Assembly: GCA_029263375.1 (NCBI GenBank)
Contig: JAJCXP010000139.1
Coordinates: forward strand, 1-55,885
Reading direction: 5' to 3'
Length of the DNA stretch: 55,885 nt
Origin: Acidobacteriota bacterium
Lineage (GTDB): Bacteria > Acidobacteriota > Thermoanaerobaculia > Multivoradales > JAHEKO01
The notes below the pieces were generated by a model. It was not told where the DNA came from. It saw only the letters and a program-made list of their open reading frames with translations, and ran no database searches. Position 1 is the first letter of the stretch. Each line of letters starts with the position of its first letter. Made by a program: the position numbers and the translations under genes. Below are positions 28,001-40,473 of the stretch, in pieces.

Positions 28001-29197
28001 GTGCTCGGCGCCGCCTTCCGCTCCTCGGTCCCCTTCCTGGTGGCAAGCCGCTACCTGCGGAGCACCCGCCGCGATGCCTTCATCAGCTTCCTGACCCTCA
28101 CCGCAGCCGGCGGCCTGGCGTTGGGTGTGGCAGCGCTGATCCTGGCCCTGGCCATGCTCACCGGGTTTCAGGGGGCTCTCAAGGCGGAGATCCTGGGTCG
28201 TACCCCGGAGATCGAGGTCAGGCTGGCCAGGGGTGCGAGTCGAGACGAGGCCTTTGCGGTGCGCGATCGCGTCGCCGCCGAGCGCGACGTCCGGAGCGCG
28301 CAACTGATTACCCACGGCCAGGGCTGGATCCTTGCGGACGGGCGAGTGCGCGCGGTCGAGATCGTCGGCTTCGACGGCGATCTCCCGGTGTCCTTCCCTG
28401 GCCCCTCGCCGAGTCGTCGCCCCGGCCTCTACCTCGGCGACCGCCTGGCCGAGGCTTGGAACGTCGCCGACGGCCAGACGATCGAGGTCGCTTCCAGCCG
28501 GCCGACCCTGACCCCGCTCGGTCCTCAGCCTCGGGTGCGCCGGATGCCGGTCGAGGGACGCTTCGTCTCCGGCCGCACTGAGCTCACCGAGCGGGTCGCG
28601 CTGCCGCTCGAACAGGCCGCGGCGCTGCTCGGATCGCGTCGCTACAGGTTGCACGTGGCGACCGGTGATCTGTCGACTGCGCTCACGCTGGCGGCGCGAC
28701 TCGACGAGCTGCTGCCGGCCGGCAGCGAGATCTGGACCTGGCAGCGGCTCAATCGTGGGCTCTTCTTCGCCCTGCGGCTCGAGAAGACGATCACATTCAT
28801 CGCCGTGTTCCTGATCGTCGCGGTCGCGGCGCTGGCGTTGGTCTCGGATCTGACGTTGATCATCACCAGCAAGCGCCGCGAGATCGGAATCCTCGGCGCG
28901 ATGGGGGTCGACCCGCGCGCATTGCGCAGGATCTTCACGTTGCTCGGCGGCCTGCTAGCCGGCATCGGCGTTGCGGTCGGCGGTGCTGTGGGCATTGCCG
29001 TGGCGATCGTGTTGGACCGCAACCGCCTGATCCGGATCCCGGGCGACGTCTATTTCCTCGACTACGTGCCGTTCCAGGTCCGCGGTCTGGATCTCGGGGT
29101 CGTGCTGGTCGCAACGGTGGTGGTGGCGGTGCTGGGAGCGGGCTACGCGGCCCGGCGAGCCGCCGCCCTGCACCCGGTGGAGGCTCTGCGGCGGTGA
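28001..29197 (+). CDS. Lipoprotein-releasing ABC transporter permease (LolC/E family)
   Basis: ASRYLR..FISF, KRREIGILGAMG, YFLDYVP, AAALHPVEALR. Confidence 0.88.
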   Translation: MLGAAFRSSVPFLVASRYLRSTRRDAFISFLTLTAAGGLALGVAALILALAMLTGFQGALKAEILGRTPEIEVRLARGASRDEAFAVRDRVAAERDVRSAQLITHGQGWILADGRVRAVEIVGFDGDLPVSFPGPSPSRRPGLYLGDRLAEAWNVADGQTIEVASSRPTLTPLGPQPRVRRMPVEGRFVSGRTELTERVALPLEQAAALLGSRRYRLHVATGDLSTALTLAARLDELLPAGSEIWTWQRLNRGLFFALRLEKTITFIAVFLIVAVAALALVSDLTLIITSKRREIGILGAMGVDPRALRRIFTLLGGLLAGIGVAVGGAVGIAVAIVLDRNRLIRIPGDVYFLDYVPFQVRGLDLGVVLVATVVVAVLGAGYAARRAAALHPVEALRR

Positions 29198-29880
29198 CGG
29201 TAGCGGTCAAGGCGGTGGGGCTGCACAAGGCGTACGTCGATGGCGCACGCTCGGTCGAGGTGCTACGCGGAGTCGATCTCGAGGCCGAGCCGGGCGAGGC
29301 GATCGCGGTCGTCGGGCCGTCCGGCTCCGGCAAGTCGACCCTCCTGCACCTGCTCGGCGCCCTCGACTCACCGGACGCGGGCTCGATCGAAATCGGTGGC
29401 ATCGCGATTGCCGGCCTGGACCCTGCGGAGGCGGCGCGCTTCCGCAATCGGACTGTCGGCTTCGTCTTTCAGTTCCAGGAGCTGCTCGCCGACTTCGACG
29501 CGCTCGAGAACGTCATGATGCCGGGACGGATCGCGGGCTGGTCGGCGGCCAGGGCACGCGACCGCGCCGTCGAGTTGCTCGAGGAGGTCGGGCTCGCGCA
29601 GCGCGCCGACCACTATCCGAGTCAGCTCTCCGGCGGCGAACGTCAACGGGTGGCGCTCTGCCGCGCACTGCTGCTGGATCCACCGCTGCTGCTGGCCGAC
29701 GAGCCGACCGGCAACCTGGATCCGGCGAGTGCGGTGCGGGTGTTCGACCTGATGATCGAGCTCCAGCGGCGCCACGGGACGACCGCTCTGGTAGTGACAC
29801 ACAACCCAGACCTGGCCAATCGCTGTGGTAGACTTTTGCAGCTCGATAGGGGGCGTCTCGAACCCTACGAGCCTGCGTAA
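29194..29880 (+). CDS. lolD: Lipoprotein-releasing ABC transporter ATP-binding protein
   Basis: GPSGSGKSTLL, GFVFQF, LSGGERQRVA, LADEPTGNLD; coupled to lolC/E. Confidence 0.88.
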   Translation: MTVAVKAVGLHKAYVDGARSVEVLRGVDLEAEPGEAIAVVGPSGSGKSTLLHLLGALDSPDAGSIEIGGIAIAGLDPAEAARFRNRTVGFVFQFQELLADFDALENVMMPGRIAGWSAARARDRAVELLEEVGLAQRADHYPSQLSGGERQRVALCRALLLDPPLLLADEPTGNLDPASAVRVFDLMIELQRRHGTTALVVTHNPDLANRCGRLLQLDRGRLEPYEPA

Positions 29881-29960
29881 GTAGCGATCGAAAGTGGAGA
29901 AACCGGAGTCGCGACCGTCGCCACGACCGACCGGAAGCGCCTCAGCGACGATAGATCGAC

Positions 29961-32387
<2,427 letters not shown>

Positions 32388-32415
32388 TCCAAGCCCCGGT
32401 TTGGATGTAGAGTCG

Positions 32416-32431
32416 TGGCTCGGTTTTTGCA
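32416..32431 (+). promoter_or_regulatory. Sigma-54 (-24/-12) promoter candidate upstream of bamA
   Basis: TGGCTCGGTTTTTGCA with exact GG-N10-GC spacing, one mismatch to TGGCACG-N4-TTGCW. Confidence 0.65.
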
Positions 32432-32510
32432 CCTTGCCCACGCTCGTTCAAGTCGGACCTGGGTAGGTCGAAAGATCGCTGCATTCCCGGAGATCGTCAT
32501 CAGACAAACA

Positions 32511-34877
32511 ATGAGAAGGCCTGCCTTTTTGGCCAGCTTAGGGCTGGTGCTCGCGCTTGTCGCCTCGCCGCCGGTCCTGGGCCAGGATCTCGATGGCCTG
32601 CCTATCCGGTCGGTCGAGTACCGAGGCCTCCAGTCGCTCGCCGAAGACTCGGTCAACTTCTATCTTGGCATCGAACTCGGTGGCTCCTACGACGCCGCGG
32701 CGCTCAATCAGAGCGTCCACGAGCTGTGGGATCGGAACCTGATCAATGACATCAAGGTGGAGGCGGAGCGCTCGGCCGATGGCGTCGCGCTGGTGATCGA
32801 GATCACCGAGCGGCCGACCTTGAGGTCGATCGAGTATCAGGGGATCAAGCGCCTCAGTCGCACCGATATCAACGAGGAGATCACGCGCAATCAGGTGCGA
32901 GTGCGTGAGGGCGATCCGGTAAACCTGGGCGAGCTGCGCCGTCTGCAGCGCCTGATCGAGACGCTCTACGCAGAGAAGGGCTTCCGGCTCGCGGACGCCA
33001 GCTACCGCATCGAGCCGATCGAGAACGATCGCCGGGTGATCTTCACCATCGATGAGGGGGACAAGGTCCGAATCGAGGACATCGATTTCGAGGGCAACAC
33101 GGTCTTCTCCGATCGCCGGCTGCGCTTCGCGATGAAGAAGACCAAGGAGAGCGGCTTCATCACCAAGTTCCGAAAGAAGGACATCTACAAGGAGCCGACT
33201 CTCGAGGAGGACCTCGACTCGGTGCGGACCATCTACCGCCGGGCGGGCTACAAGAACGTCGTCCTCGGCGAGCCGAAGGTCGAGATCCGGGCCAAGAATC
33301 CGAATGCGGCCACCCTCAAGCAGCAGAATCGACGCCTGTATCTCACGCTGCCGATCGAAGAGGGCGCGCGTTGGAAGCTCGGTGAGATCACTGTCGTCGG
33401 CAACGAGAAGATCGACGACGAGCTTCTGCTGCGTCAGTTCGAGAAGCCGCGCGGCGGTTGGCTGCGCTCGAAGGCTATCGAAGAGGGCGTCGAGACCATC
33501 AGCGAACTCTACAAGAACACCGGTCATGTCTTCTCGCAGGTCGAACCGGAATTGATCGAGCGCGAGAATCAGGTCGCCGACGTCGTGATTCACGTCGACG
33601 AGGGGGATCAATTCCGGATCGGCAGCATCGAGTTCCGGGGCAACCGGCGAACCCGCGACAAGGTGCTCCGTCGCGAGCTCGGCATCCAGGAGTCGCTGGT
33701 GCTCAACTCGGGCGCCCTGCGCAACAGCCTGCTGCGCATCGGTCAGCTGGAGTTCTTCGAGGTCAATGAGGACGATCCGGTGTCGTTCGATTTCGACACC
33801 GAGGAGAAGACCGTCGACCTGACCATTCAGGGCGACGAAGGCGACCGCACCGAGCTGCTGTTCGGCGCCGGCTTCAGCGAGATCGACGGCTTCTTTGGTC
33901 AGTTCTCGTTCCGAACGCGGAATTTCCTGGGCCGGGGAGAGACCCTTGGAGTGTCGGTTCAGTCGGGGCGCCGTCAGGACGTGTTCGACATCTCGTACCT
34001 GATCCCCTGGTTCTTGGATCGGCCGCAGTCCGCGGGCATCCAGATCTTCGTTCGCGATCTGAACTTCCAGCTATTGCCAGGGCAGCGGCTGGAGCAGAAG
34101 ACCGAGGGCGCCACCCTTACCTACGGCCGCCGTCTCGGCCTGTTCAGCAACCTGTCTTTCAGTTTCAGCAGGTTCGACTCGGAGGATCGCCGGCCGATTC
34201 AGCTGGCTACCGGCGAAGTGACCACGCAGGAGTTCAACCGGGAGGTGTCGAGCGTCCAGGTGCAGTTGATCCGAGACCGGCGCGACAGCCGACTCCAGCC
34301 TACGGTCGGCACTCGATATAGCGCCAGCTTGGAGTTGGCCGGAGGGGCGCTCGGCGGCACCACCGATTTCGTGCGCCAGCGCGTGAATTTCACCCGCTAC
34401 CAGCCGCTCAGCAAGACCGGTCTGCGTACGGTCGCGGCGGTGAACGTCGAGGCGGGTTTCATCGAGCCGATCGGCAGCAACGATCTGTTCTTCTTCGACC
34501 GGTTCTATCTGGGCGGCGAGAACAGTGTGCGTGGTTTCCGGTTCCGCTCGCTCTGGGCGCGTGACGAGTTCGGCAACACGATCGTCGACCAGTTCGGCGT
34601 GCCGATCGGTGGTGACCGTTTCGCGCGCGCCAACTTCGAGGGGATCATTCTCATGGGCGGTCCGTTCCGTCTGATCGGATTCTTCGACGCCGGCGGTGTC
34701 TGGGTGTCCGAACAGGAGATCAGCTTCGACACCATGCGGTTCTCGACCGGCGTCGAGTTGCAGGTGAACGTGCCGCTGTTCGGCGCGCCGCTGAGATTCA
34801 TCTATTCGGAGAACCTCGATCCTTTCCCTGACGATCGTTTCGAAACCTTCCAATTCAGCATCGGTCCGAGCTTCTAG
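32511..34877 (+). CDS. bamA: Outer membrane protein assembly factor BamA
   Basis: Signal peptide, POTRA repeats (GNRRTRDKVLRREL), RNFLGRGE, FYLGGENSVRGF, C-terminal Phe. Confidence 0.94.
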   Translation: MRRPAFLASLGLVLALVASPPVLGQDLDGLPIRSVEYRGLQSLAEDSVNFYLGIELGGSYDAAALNQSVHELWDRNLINDIKVEAERSADGVALVIEITERPTLRSIEYQGIKRLSRTDINEEITRNQVRVREGDPVNLGELRRLQRLIETLYAEKGFRLADASYRIEPIENDRRVIFTIDEGDKVRIEDIDFEGNTVFSDRRLRFAMKKTKESGFITKFRKKDIYKEPTLEEDLDSVRTIYRRAGYKNVVLGEPKVEIRAKNPNAATLKQQNRRLYLTLPIEEGARWKLGEITVVGNEKIDDELLLRQFEKPRGGWLRSKAIEEGVETISELYKNTGHVFSQVEPELIERENQVADVVIHVDEGDQFRIGSIEFRGNRRTRDKVLRRELGIQESLVLNSGALRNSLLRIGQLEFFEVNEDDPVSFDFDTEEKTVDLTIQGDEGDRTELLFGAGFSEIDGFFGQFSFRTRNFLGRGETLGVSVQSGRRQDVFDISYLIPWFLDRPQSAGIQIFVRDLNFQLLPGQRLEQKTEGATLTYGRRLGLFSNLSFSFSRFDSEDRRPIQLATGEVTTQEFNREVSSVQVQLIRDRRDSRLQPTVGTRYSASLELAGGALGGTTDFVRQRVNFTRYQPLSKTGLRTVAAVNVEAGFIEPIGSNDLFFFDRFYLGGENSVRGFRFRSLWARDEFGNTIVDQFGVPIGGDRFARANFEGIILMGGPFRLIGFFDAGGVWVSEQEISFDTMRFSTGVELQVNVPLFGAPLRFIYSENLDPFPDDRFETFQFSIGPSF

Positions 34878-34894
34878 GGCCAGGAGAGTCACAG

Positions 34895-35491
34895 ATGAGT
34901 CACGAGATTTTACTGTTGTTCAGGCGGTCGCACCTCGTCCGCGCGCTGAGCGGCGTGGCGCTGGTAGCGGTCTCATTGTGCGCGCTGCCCGCGGTGGCGC
35001 GTGCGCAGGGCGCCGCCGGGATCGGCGTTGTCGACGCCGGCCGCGTCTTCCAGGAGTCGGACTACGGTCTGAGCCTGCTCGCGGACCTCAAGGATCTGCG
35101 CGAGAAGAAGCAGGTGACGGGCAGGAGTCTGCAGGAGACCGCCAAATCGCTCCAGGATCGGATCGAGCAGGGACGGCTGGCGCTGTCGCCGGACAAGATC
35201 GAGGAGCTGCAAAAGGAGCTCGAGGAGAAGGTGATCGAGCTGCAACGATTCGAGGACGACGCGAAGCGGGAGATCGATCTGGCTTCGTCACAGGCGATGA
35301 CCAGCTTCAACCAGCAGATCATGCCGGTGATCGACATCGTCGGTCGCGAGGAGGGGTTCACCTTGATCTTCAACAAGTACGAGGCTGGCCTGCTGTTCGC
35401 TGACGAGACGGTGGATATCACCGAGGCGGTGATCACGCGCTTCAATGAGCAGCACCCGGCGCCCACAGCCGACGCCGAGCCCAGCGAGTAG
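34895..35491 (+). CDS. skp: OmpH/Skp periplasmic chaperone
   Basis: IGVVD..RVFQES, coiled coil, DITEAVI; between bamA and lpxD. Confidence 0.9.
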   Translation: MSHEILLLFRRSHLVRALSGVALVAVSLCALPAVARAQGAAGIGVVDAGRVFQESDYGLSLLADLKDLREKKQVTGRSLQETAKSLQDRIEQGRLALSPDKIEELQKELEEKVIELQRFEDDAKREIDLASSQAMTSFNQQIMPVIDIVGREEGFTLIFNKYEAGLLFADETVDITEAVITRFNEQHPAPTADAEPSE

Positions 35492-35496
35492 GCCTC

Positions 35497-36522
35497 TTGC
35501 AGCGCCGTCTTTCCGAGCTGGCCGAACTGATCGGCGGCCGGGTGCAGGGCGACCCGGAGCGGATGATCATGGGCCTCGCCACCCTGTCGGAGGCTGGTGA
35601 GACCGATCTGTCATTCGTGATCGCCGGCTATCGGAAGCGCGCGGAGACCAGCCGAGCCGGGGCGTTTCTGGTCGGAGAGTCGCTCACCGATCTGCCGCGA
35701 GATCTCCTGATCTCGCCGTCTCCGAGACATGGGCTCGCGCGCCTGATCGACGAGTTCCATCCGGTGCGGGAGACGGTCGAGGCCGGGGTCCATCCGACGG
35801 CGGTGGTCGATGCCGAGGCGAAGGTCGACCCGACCGCCACGATTGGGGCGTTTGCGGTCGTCGGGCCCGGTAGCGAGATCGGCGCGCGCGCAGTGATCCA
35901 CCCGCACGTTGTCGTGGGGCGCGCCTGCACGATCGGCGCGGCCGCCGTCCTGTATCCGCACGTGGTGGTCTACGATCGCACCGAGATCGGGGAGCGGTCG
36001 ATCATCCACGCAGGAGTCGTACTGGGGGCGGACGGGTACGGTTTCGCCTCCGACCGGCATGGGCATACGAAGCTCAGGCACGTCGGGCGCACGGTGATCG
36101 AGGCCGATACCGAGATCGGCGCCAACACGACGATCGACCGAGCGCTGCTGTCGGAGACCAGAATCGGTGCCGGCACCAAGATCGACAACCTGGTGCAAGT
36201 GGGGCACAATGCGCGCATCGGTCGGGGCTGTTTGCTGGTTTCGCAGGTCGGTATCTCGGGCAGCACGACACTCGGCGACGGCGTGGTTGTCGCGGGGCAG
36301 TCAGGGGTGGCCGGGCACCTGGAGCTCGGGGACGGGGCTCGGGTGGTCGCGAAATCGGCGGTCTTCAAGTCGATTCCTGCCGGGGAGACCGTCGCGGGTA
36401 TCCCGGCGATGGAGGTCGGGCGCTGGCGCCGGTTGCAGGCGCTGCTCAACCAGCTCGACAGCATCAGAAGACGTCTGCTGGGAATCGAGAAGAAGTTGCG
36501 ATCCGAGAACGAGGAGGACTAG
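35497..36522 (+). CDS. lpxD: UDP-3-O-acylglucosamine N-acyltransferase
   Basis: Hexapeptide repeats, [28 protein letters not shown]. Confidence 0.95.
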   Translation: MQRRLSELAELIGGRVQGDPERMIMGLATLSEAGETDLSFVIAGYRKRAETSRAGAFLVGESLTDLPRDLLISPSPRHGLARLIDEFHPVRETVEAGVHPTAVVDAEAKVDPTATIGAFAVVGPGSEIGARAVIHPHVVVGRACTIGAAAVLYPHVVVYDRTEIGERSIIHAGVVLGADGYGFASDRHGHTKLRHVGRTVIEADTEIGANTTIDRALLSETRIGAGTKIDNLVQVGHNARIGRGCLLVSQVGISGSTTLGDGVVVAGQSGVAGHLELGDGARVVAKSAVFKSIPAGETVAGIPAMEVGRWRRLQALLNQLDSIRRRLLGIEKKLRSENEED

Positions 36523-36526
36523 ACCA

Positions 36527-36967
36527 GTGAGCGAACCGCGCGACATCCGCTGGATCATGTCGGTGCTTCCTCATCGCTATCCGATCCTGTTGGTCGATCG
36601 GGTGCTCGAGCTCGAGCCGGGCAAGCGCATCGTGGCGATTAAGAACGTCACCGTCAACGAGCCGGTGTTCAACGGGCATTTCCCGGGCCACCCGGTGATG
36701 CCCGGGGTTCTCCTGGTCGAGGGCATGGCGCAGGCGGCGGGCATCCTGTTGATGCACGATCTCGAGGACCGCGAGTCGAAGTTGATCTACTTCGCCGGTA
36801 TCGATCGCGCGCGCTTTCGGCGCCCGGTGGTGCCGGGGGATCAGGTGACCTACGAGGTCGAGCTGCTCAGGCACAGGTCCTCGTTCGCCAAACTCGAGGG
36901 CCGGGCCCTGGTGGACGGGAAGGTGTGCGCCGAGGCCGTGTGCAGCTCCAGCATGGTGGATCGCTAG
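36527..36967 (+). CDS. fabZ: 3-hydroxyacyl-ACP dehydratase
   Basis: [42 protein letters not shown]. Confidence 0.96.
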   Translation: MSEPRDIRWIMSVLPHRYPILLVDRVLELEPGKRIVAIKNVTVNEPVFNGHFPGHPVMPGVLLVEGMAQAAGILLMHDLEDRESKLIYFAGIDRARFRRPVVPGDQVTYEVELLRHRSSFAKLEGRALVDGKVCAEAVCSSSMVDR

Positions 36968-36982
36968 GCGGGCGTTGGCGGC

Positions 36983-37810
36983 ATGGGGATGGAGAGCTCG
37001 GTACACCCGACCGCGATCGTCGACCCGAGCGCCGAGCTGGACGCCGGCGTCGTCGTCGGCCCGTTCGCTGTGATCGGCCCTGACGTCGTGATCGGTGCCG
37101 GCTCCGAGATCGGCGCCGCGGCTCAGATCCAGGGACCGGCCCGGATCGGTCTGCGCAATCGAATCTTCGCTCAGGCGTGTGTGGGCTTCGAGCCGCAGGA
37201 TCTCAAGTTCCAGGGCGAGCGGAGCGTTCTCGAGATCGGCGACGACAACACGATCCGCGAGTTCGCCACCGTGCATCGCGGTACCGAGCACGGTGGCGGT
37301 CGGACCCGCATCGGCAACGGCAACCTGTTCATGGCCTACACCCACGTTGCGCACGACTGCATCGTTGGCGATCGGACGATCTTCGGCAACGCCTCGACCC
37401 TGGCCGGCCACGTCGAGGTTGCAGACGACGCGATCCTGAGCGCCTTCTGCGCGGTGCATCAGTTCTGCAGGGTGGGCCGTCACGCCTACATCGGCGGTTA
37501 CACCATTGTCACCATGGACGCCCTGCCGTATGCCAAGACGGTCGGCACGAAGGCGGTGTGCCTGGGGATCAATCGGATCGGTCTGAAGCGTCGGGGCTTC
37601 GACGACGAGCGGTTGCGGTCGCTCGAATCAGCCTATCGCACGGTCGTGCGCTCCGGATTGAACACCGCCGAGGCGATCTCCCGCCTGCGCGAGCAGCATG
37701 CCGACAACGGCGACATCGACTACCTGATCGAGTTCATCGAGTCGACCACCCGAGGCGTGCTGAAGACACCGCCGGGACGTGGCGGCGCGCGAGGTGGCGC
37801 GCCTGACTGA
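36983..37810 (+). CDS. lpxA: Acyl-ACP--UDP-N-acetylglucosamine O-acyltransferase
   Basis: VHPTAIV, PQDLKF, IREFATVHRGT, HVAHDC, LAGHV, VHQF. Confidence 0.95.
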   Translation: MGMESSVHPTAIVDPSAELDAGVVVGPFAVIGPDVVIGAGSEIGAAAQIQGPARIGLRNRIFAQACVGFEPQDLKFQGERSVLEIGDDNTIREFATVHRGTEHGGGRTRIGNGNLFMAYTHVAHDCIVGDRTIFGNASTLAGHVEVADDAILSAFCAVHQFCRVGRHAYIGGYTIVTMDALPYAKTVGTKAVCLGINRIGLKRRGFDDERLRSLESAYRTVVRSGLNTAEAISRLREQHADNGDIDYLIEFIESTTRGVLKTPPGRGGARGGAPD

Positions 37811-38741
37811 TCTGACGACGGCGGCTCCGGTGCGGCTAGGCGTGGTCGGTACCGGCGCGATGGGCCGCCATCACGTTCGGATCCTGAGCGACCTGCCGGG
37901 CGCTGAGCTGGTCGGGATCTTCGACAGCGATTTCGAGGTCGCGGCAGCGATCGGCGCGGAGCACGGGGCACGCGCTTTCGCGAGCGTGTCCGAGCTCAGC
38001 GAGCGAGTCGACGCCGTGGTGCTGGCGGTACCGACGGTCCGCCATGCCGAGCTCGGTGTCGACCTCCTGAGACGCGGCCTCCACGTTCTGGTGGAGAAAC
38101 CGATCGCGTCCTCGCTCGAGGAGGCCGATGCGCTGATCGAAGCGGCCGGCAACTCGGTGCTGGCGGTCGGACACGTGGAGTTCTTCAACCCCGCGGTGCA
38201 GGCGCTGGTCGGGCTGGGAGTGCCGCCGGGATTCCTCGAGATCCATCGCATGTCGGTCTTCAAGCCGCGCAGCCTCGATATCGACGTGGTGCTCGATCTG
38301 ATGATCCACGATCTGCAGATCCTGCACGCTCTCGATCCGAGCCCGATCGAGGAGATCCGGGCAACCGGGATCAACGTGCTGACCGATCGGGTCGACATCG
38401 CCAGCGTCCGGCTCGCGCTCGAGTCCGGCTGCGTGGCCAACGTGACCGCCTCGCGGATCTCGGGCGAGACGGTGCGCAAGCTGCGGGTCTTCCTGCAGAA
38501 CAGCTACTATTCTCTGGACTACCACGAGCAGAGTCTGCAGGGCGTGCGGCTGCTGGCCGGAGACTCGAAGCGCCAGCTCGTGCCCCATCTTCCGGAGATC
38601 GAGCGCGCCGAGCCCCTGCGAGTAGAGTTGGCGGCGTTCGTCGCCGCGTGTCAGGGAAATCGAGAGGGGATCGTGAGCGGCGAGCAGGCCAGACGGGCGC
38701 TCAAGACCGCGATCCGGATCGCGCGGGCGATCGAAGGCTGA
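37794..38741 (+). CDS. Gfo/Idh/MocA oxidoreductase (GnnA-like)
   Basis: GVVGTGAMG Rossmann, EKP, DVVLDLMIHD, TASRIS; overlaps lpxA end; start uncertain. Confidence 0.88.
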   Translation: MARLTDLTTAAPVRLGVVGTGAMGRHHVRILSDLPGAELVGIFDSDFEVAAAIGAEHGARAFASVSELSERVDAVVLAVPTVRHAELGVDLLRRGLHVLVEKPIASSLEEADALIEAAGNSVLAVGHVEFFNPAVQALVGLGVPPGFLEIHRMSVFKPRSLDIDVVLDLMIHDLQILHALDPSPIEEIRATGINVLTDRVDIASVRLALESGCVANVTASRISGETVRKLRVFLQNSYYSLDYHEQSLQGVRLLAGDSKRQLVPHLPEIERAEPLRVELAAFVAACQGNREGIVSGEQARRALKTAIRIARAIEG

Positions 38742-38776
38742 GCGGCACGACGATGACCGCGACTGGAGGAAACGGG

Positions 38777-39640
38777 ATGGATAAGATCGAGATCGGTGTG
38801 ATCGGCGGCAGCGGCCTCTACGCGATGGAGAGGCTCGAGGTGCTCGAAGAGCGCCAGATCGAGACGCCGTTCGGCGATCCCTCCGACGCCTTCATCATCG
38901 GCGAGCTCGAGGGACGCAAAGTAGCTTTTCTACCGCGCCACGCGCGCGGCCATCGCCTGCTGCCTTCGGAGCTCAACTACCGGGCGAACCTGTACGGCAT
39001 GAAGGTGCTGGGCGTCGAGTGGGTGGTCTCGGTGTCGGCCGTGGGCTCGCTCAAGATCGACTACCCGCCGCGCGACATCGTGGTTCCTGATCAATTCTAC
39101 GACCGCACCCGGCACCGCGCCGACACCTTCTTCGGAAACGGCCTGGTGGGCCACGTGAGCTTTGGCGATCCGGTCTGCGCTGAGCTCTCGGGTTGGATGG
39201 CCGAGGGCGCCGAAGCGGCCGGGGCGACCGTGCACCGCGGCGGTACCTACGTCTGTATGGAGGGCCCCCAGTTCTCGACCCGGGCGGAGTCGGAAGAGTA
39301 CCGGTCGCGCGGCTTCGACGTGGTCGGGATGACCAACCTGCAGGAGGCCAAGTTGGCGCGTGAGGCCGAGATGAGTTACGGCACCCTGGCGATGGTCACC
39401 GACTACGACTGCTGGCACGAGGAGGAGGACGAGGTCTCGAGCGACGCGGTGATGGAGGTGATTCAGGCCAACGTCGAGGTGGCGAAGGAGGCCGTTCGCG
39501 AAACGGTCCGCCGGATTCCGGTCGGCCGAACCAGTCCCTTCCGCGGTATTCTCCGGCACTCTCTGGTCACCGACCCAGCGCTCGTGCCGCGGGCAACGCG
39601 CGAGGCCCTGGCGCCGATCGTCGGGCCCTACCTGGGCTAG
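38777..39640 (+). CDS. mtnP: S-methyl-5'-thioadenosine phosphorylase
   Basis: IGGSGLY, TPFGDPSD, FLPRH, MEGPQFSTRAES, GMTNLQEAKLAREAE, VTDYDCW. Confidence 0.94.
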   Translation: MDKIEIGVIGGSGLYAMERLEVLEERQIETPFGDPSDAFIIGELEGRKVAFLPRHARGHRLLPSELNYRANLYGMKVLGVEWVVSVSAVGSLKIDYPPRDIVVPDQFYDRTRHRADTFFGNGLVGHVSFGDPVCAELSGWMAEGAEAAGATVHRGGTYVCMEGPQFSTRAESEEYRSRGFDVVGMTNLQEAKLAREAEMSYGTLAMVTDYDCWHEEEDEVSSDAVMEVIQANVEVAKEAVRETVRRIPVGRTSPFRGILRHSLVTDPALVPRATREALAPIVGPYLG

Positions 39641-39711
39641 CCTGCCCTTCTCACCAGCTCCCGACTGCGAAACCGCATGCACCTGAATCCGCGAGACTCC
39701 CCCCTGGCCAG

Positions 39712-40473
39712 ATGACCCGGATCCTGGTCACCAACGACGACGGCGTCTTCTCGGAAGGGATCAAGCTCCTGGCCGCGGCGCTGGGCGAGCTCGGCGAGGT
39801 CACGGTGGTCGCGCCGGACCGAGAGCAGAGCGCGTCGGGGCACTCGCTGACGCTCCATCGCCCCCTGCGAATGCGGCAGATCGAGGAGCGGACCTACTCG
39901 GTGGACGGCACACCGACCGATTGCGTCAACCTTGCGGTCGCCTGGCTGATGAAGGACGAGCCGCCCGACCTGGTGGTTTCGGGAATCAACTTCGGCTGTA
40001 ATCTGGGTGAGGACGTCACCTACTCGGGGACGGTGAGCGCTACCTTCGAGGCATCCCTGCTCGGCATCCCATCGCTGGCGTTGTCGCAGGAGGTGAGCGA
40101 ACATTTCTCGTTCGAGCCCGCTGCTGGTGTGGCACGGACGCTGGTAGAGCGTCTGCTGCAGGCCGACGCACCGGCAGACCTGTTGCTCAATGTCAACATA
40201 CCGTCGGCGCCGCTCGGTGGCGCCGTGGTCACCAAGCTCGGTCGTCGGACCTACAGCCAGTCGGTGGTGGAGAAGCGCGATCCGCGCGGCCGGCGCTACT
40301 TCTGGATCGCCGGCACCCCGGAGTGGTCGGACGAAGATGGAACCGACATCGCGGCGATTGCCCGAGGTCGGGTCTCGATCACGCCGCTGCACCTCGACCT
40401 CACCGACTACCGTGGGCTGGGCTCCTACGATTGGCTCGTTGACAGCCTCGGCGGCCTGGCGGACGAGAGTTGA
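39712..40473 (+). CDS. surE: 5'/3'-nucleotidase SurE
   Basis: ILVTNDDG, GTPTDCV, SGINFGCNLG, YSGTV. Confidence 0.96.
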   Translation: MTRILVTNDDGVFSEGIKLLAAALGELGEVTVVAPDREQSASGHSLTLHRPLRMRQIEERTYSVDGTPTDCVNLAVAWLMKDEPPDLVVSGINFGCNLGEDVTYSGTVSATFEASLLGIPSLALSQEVSEHFSFEPAAGVARTLVERLLQADAPADLLLNVNIPSAPLGGAVVTKLGRRTYSQSVVEKRDPRGRRYFWIAGTPEWSDEDGTDIAAIARGRVSITPLHLDLTDYRGLGSYDWLVDSLGGLADES

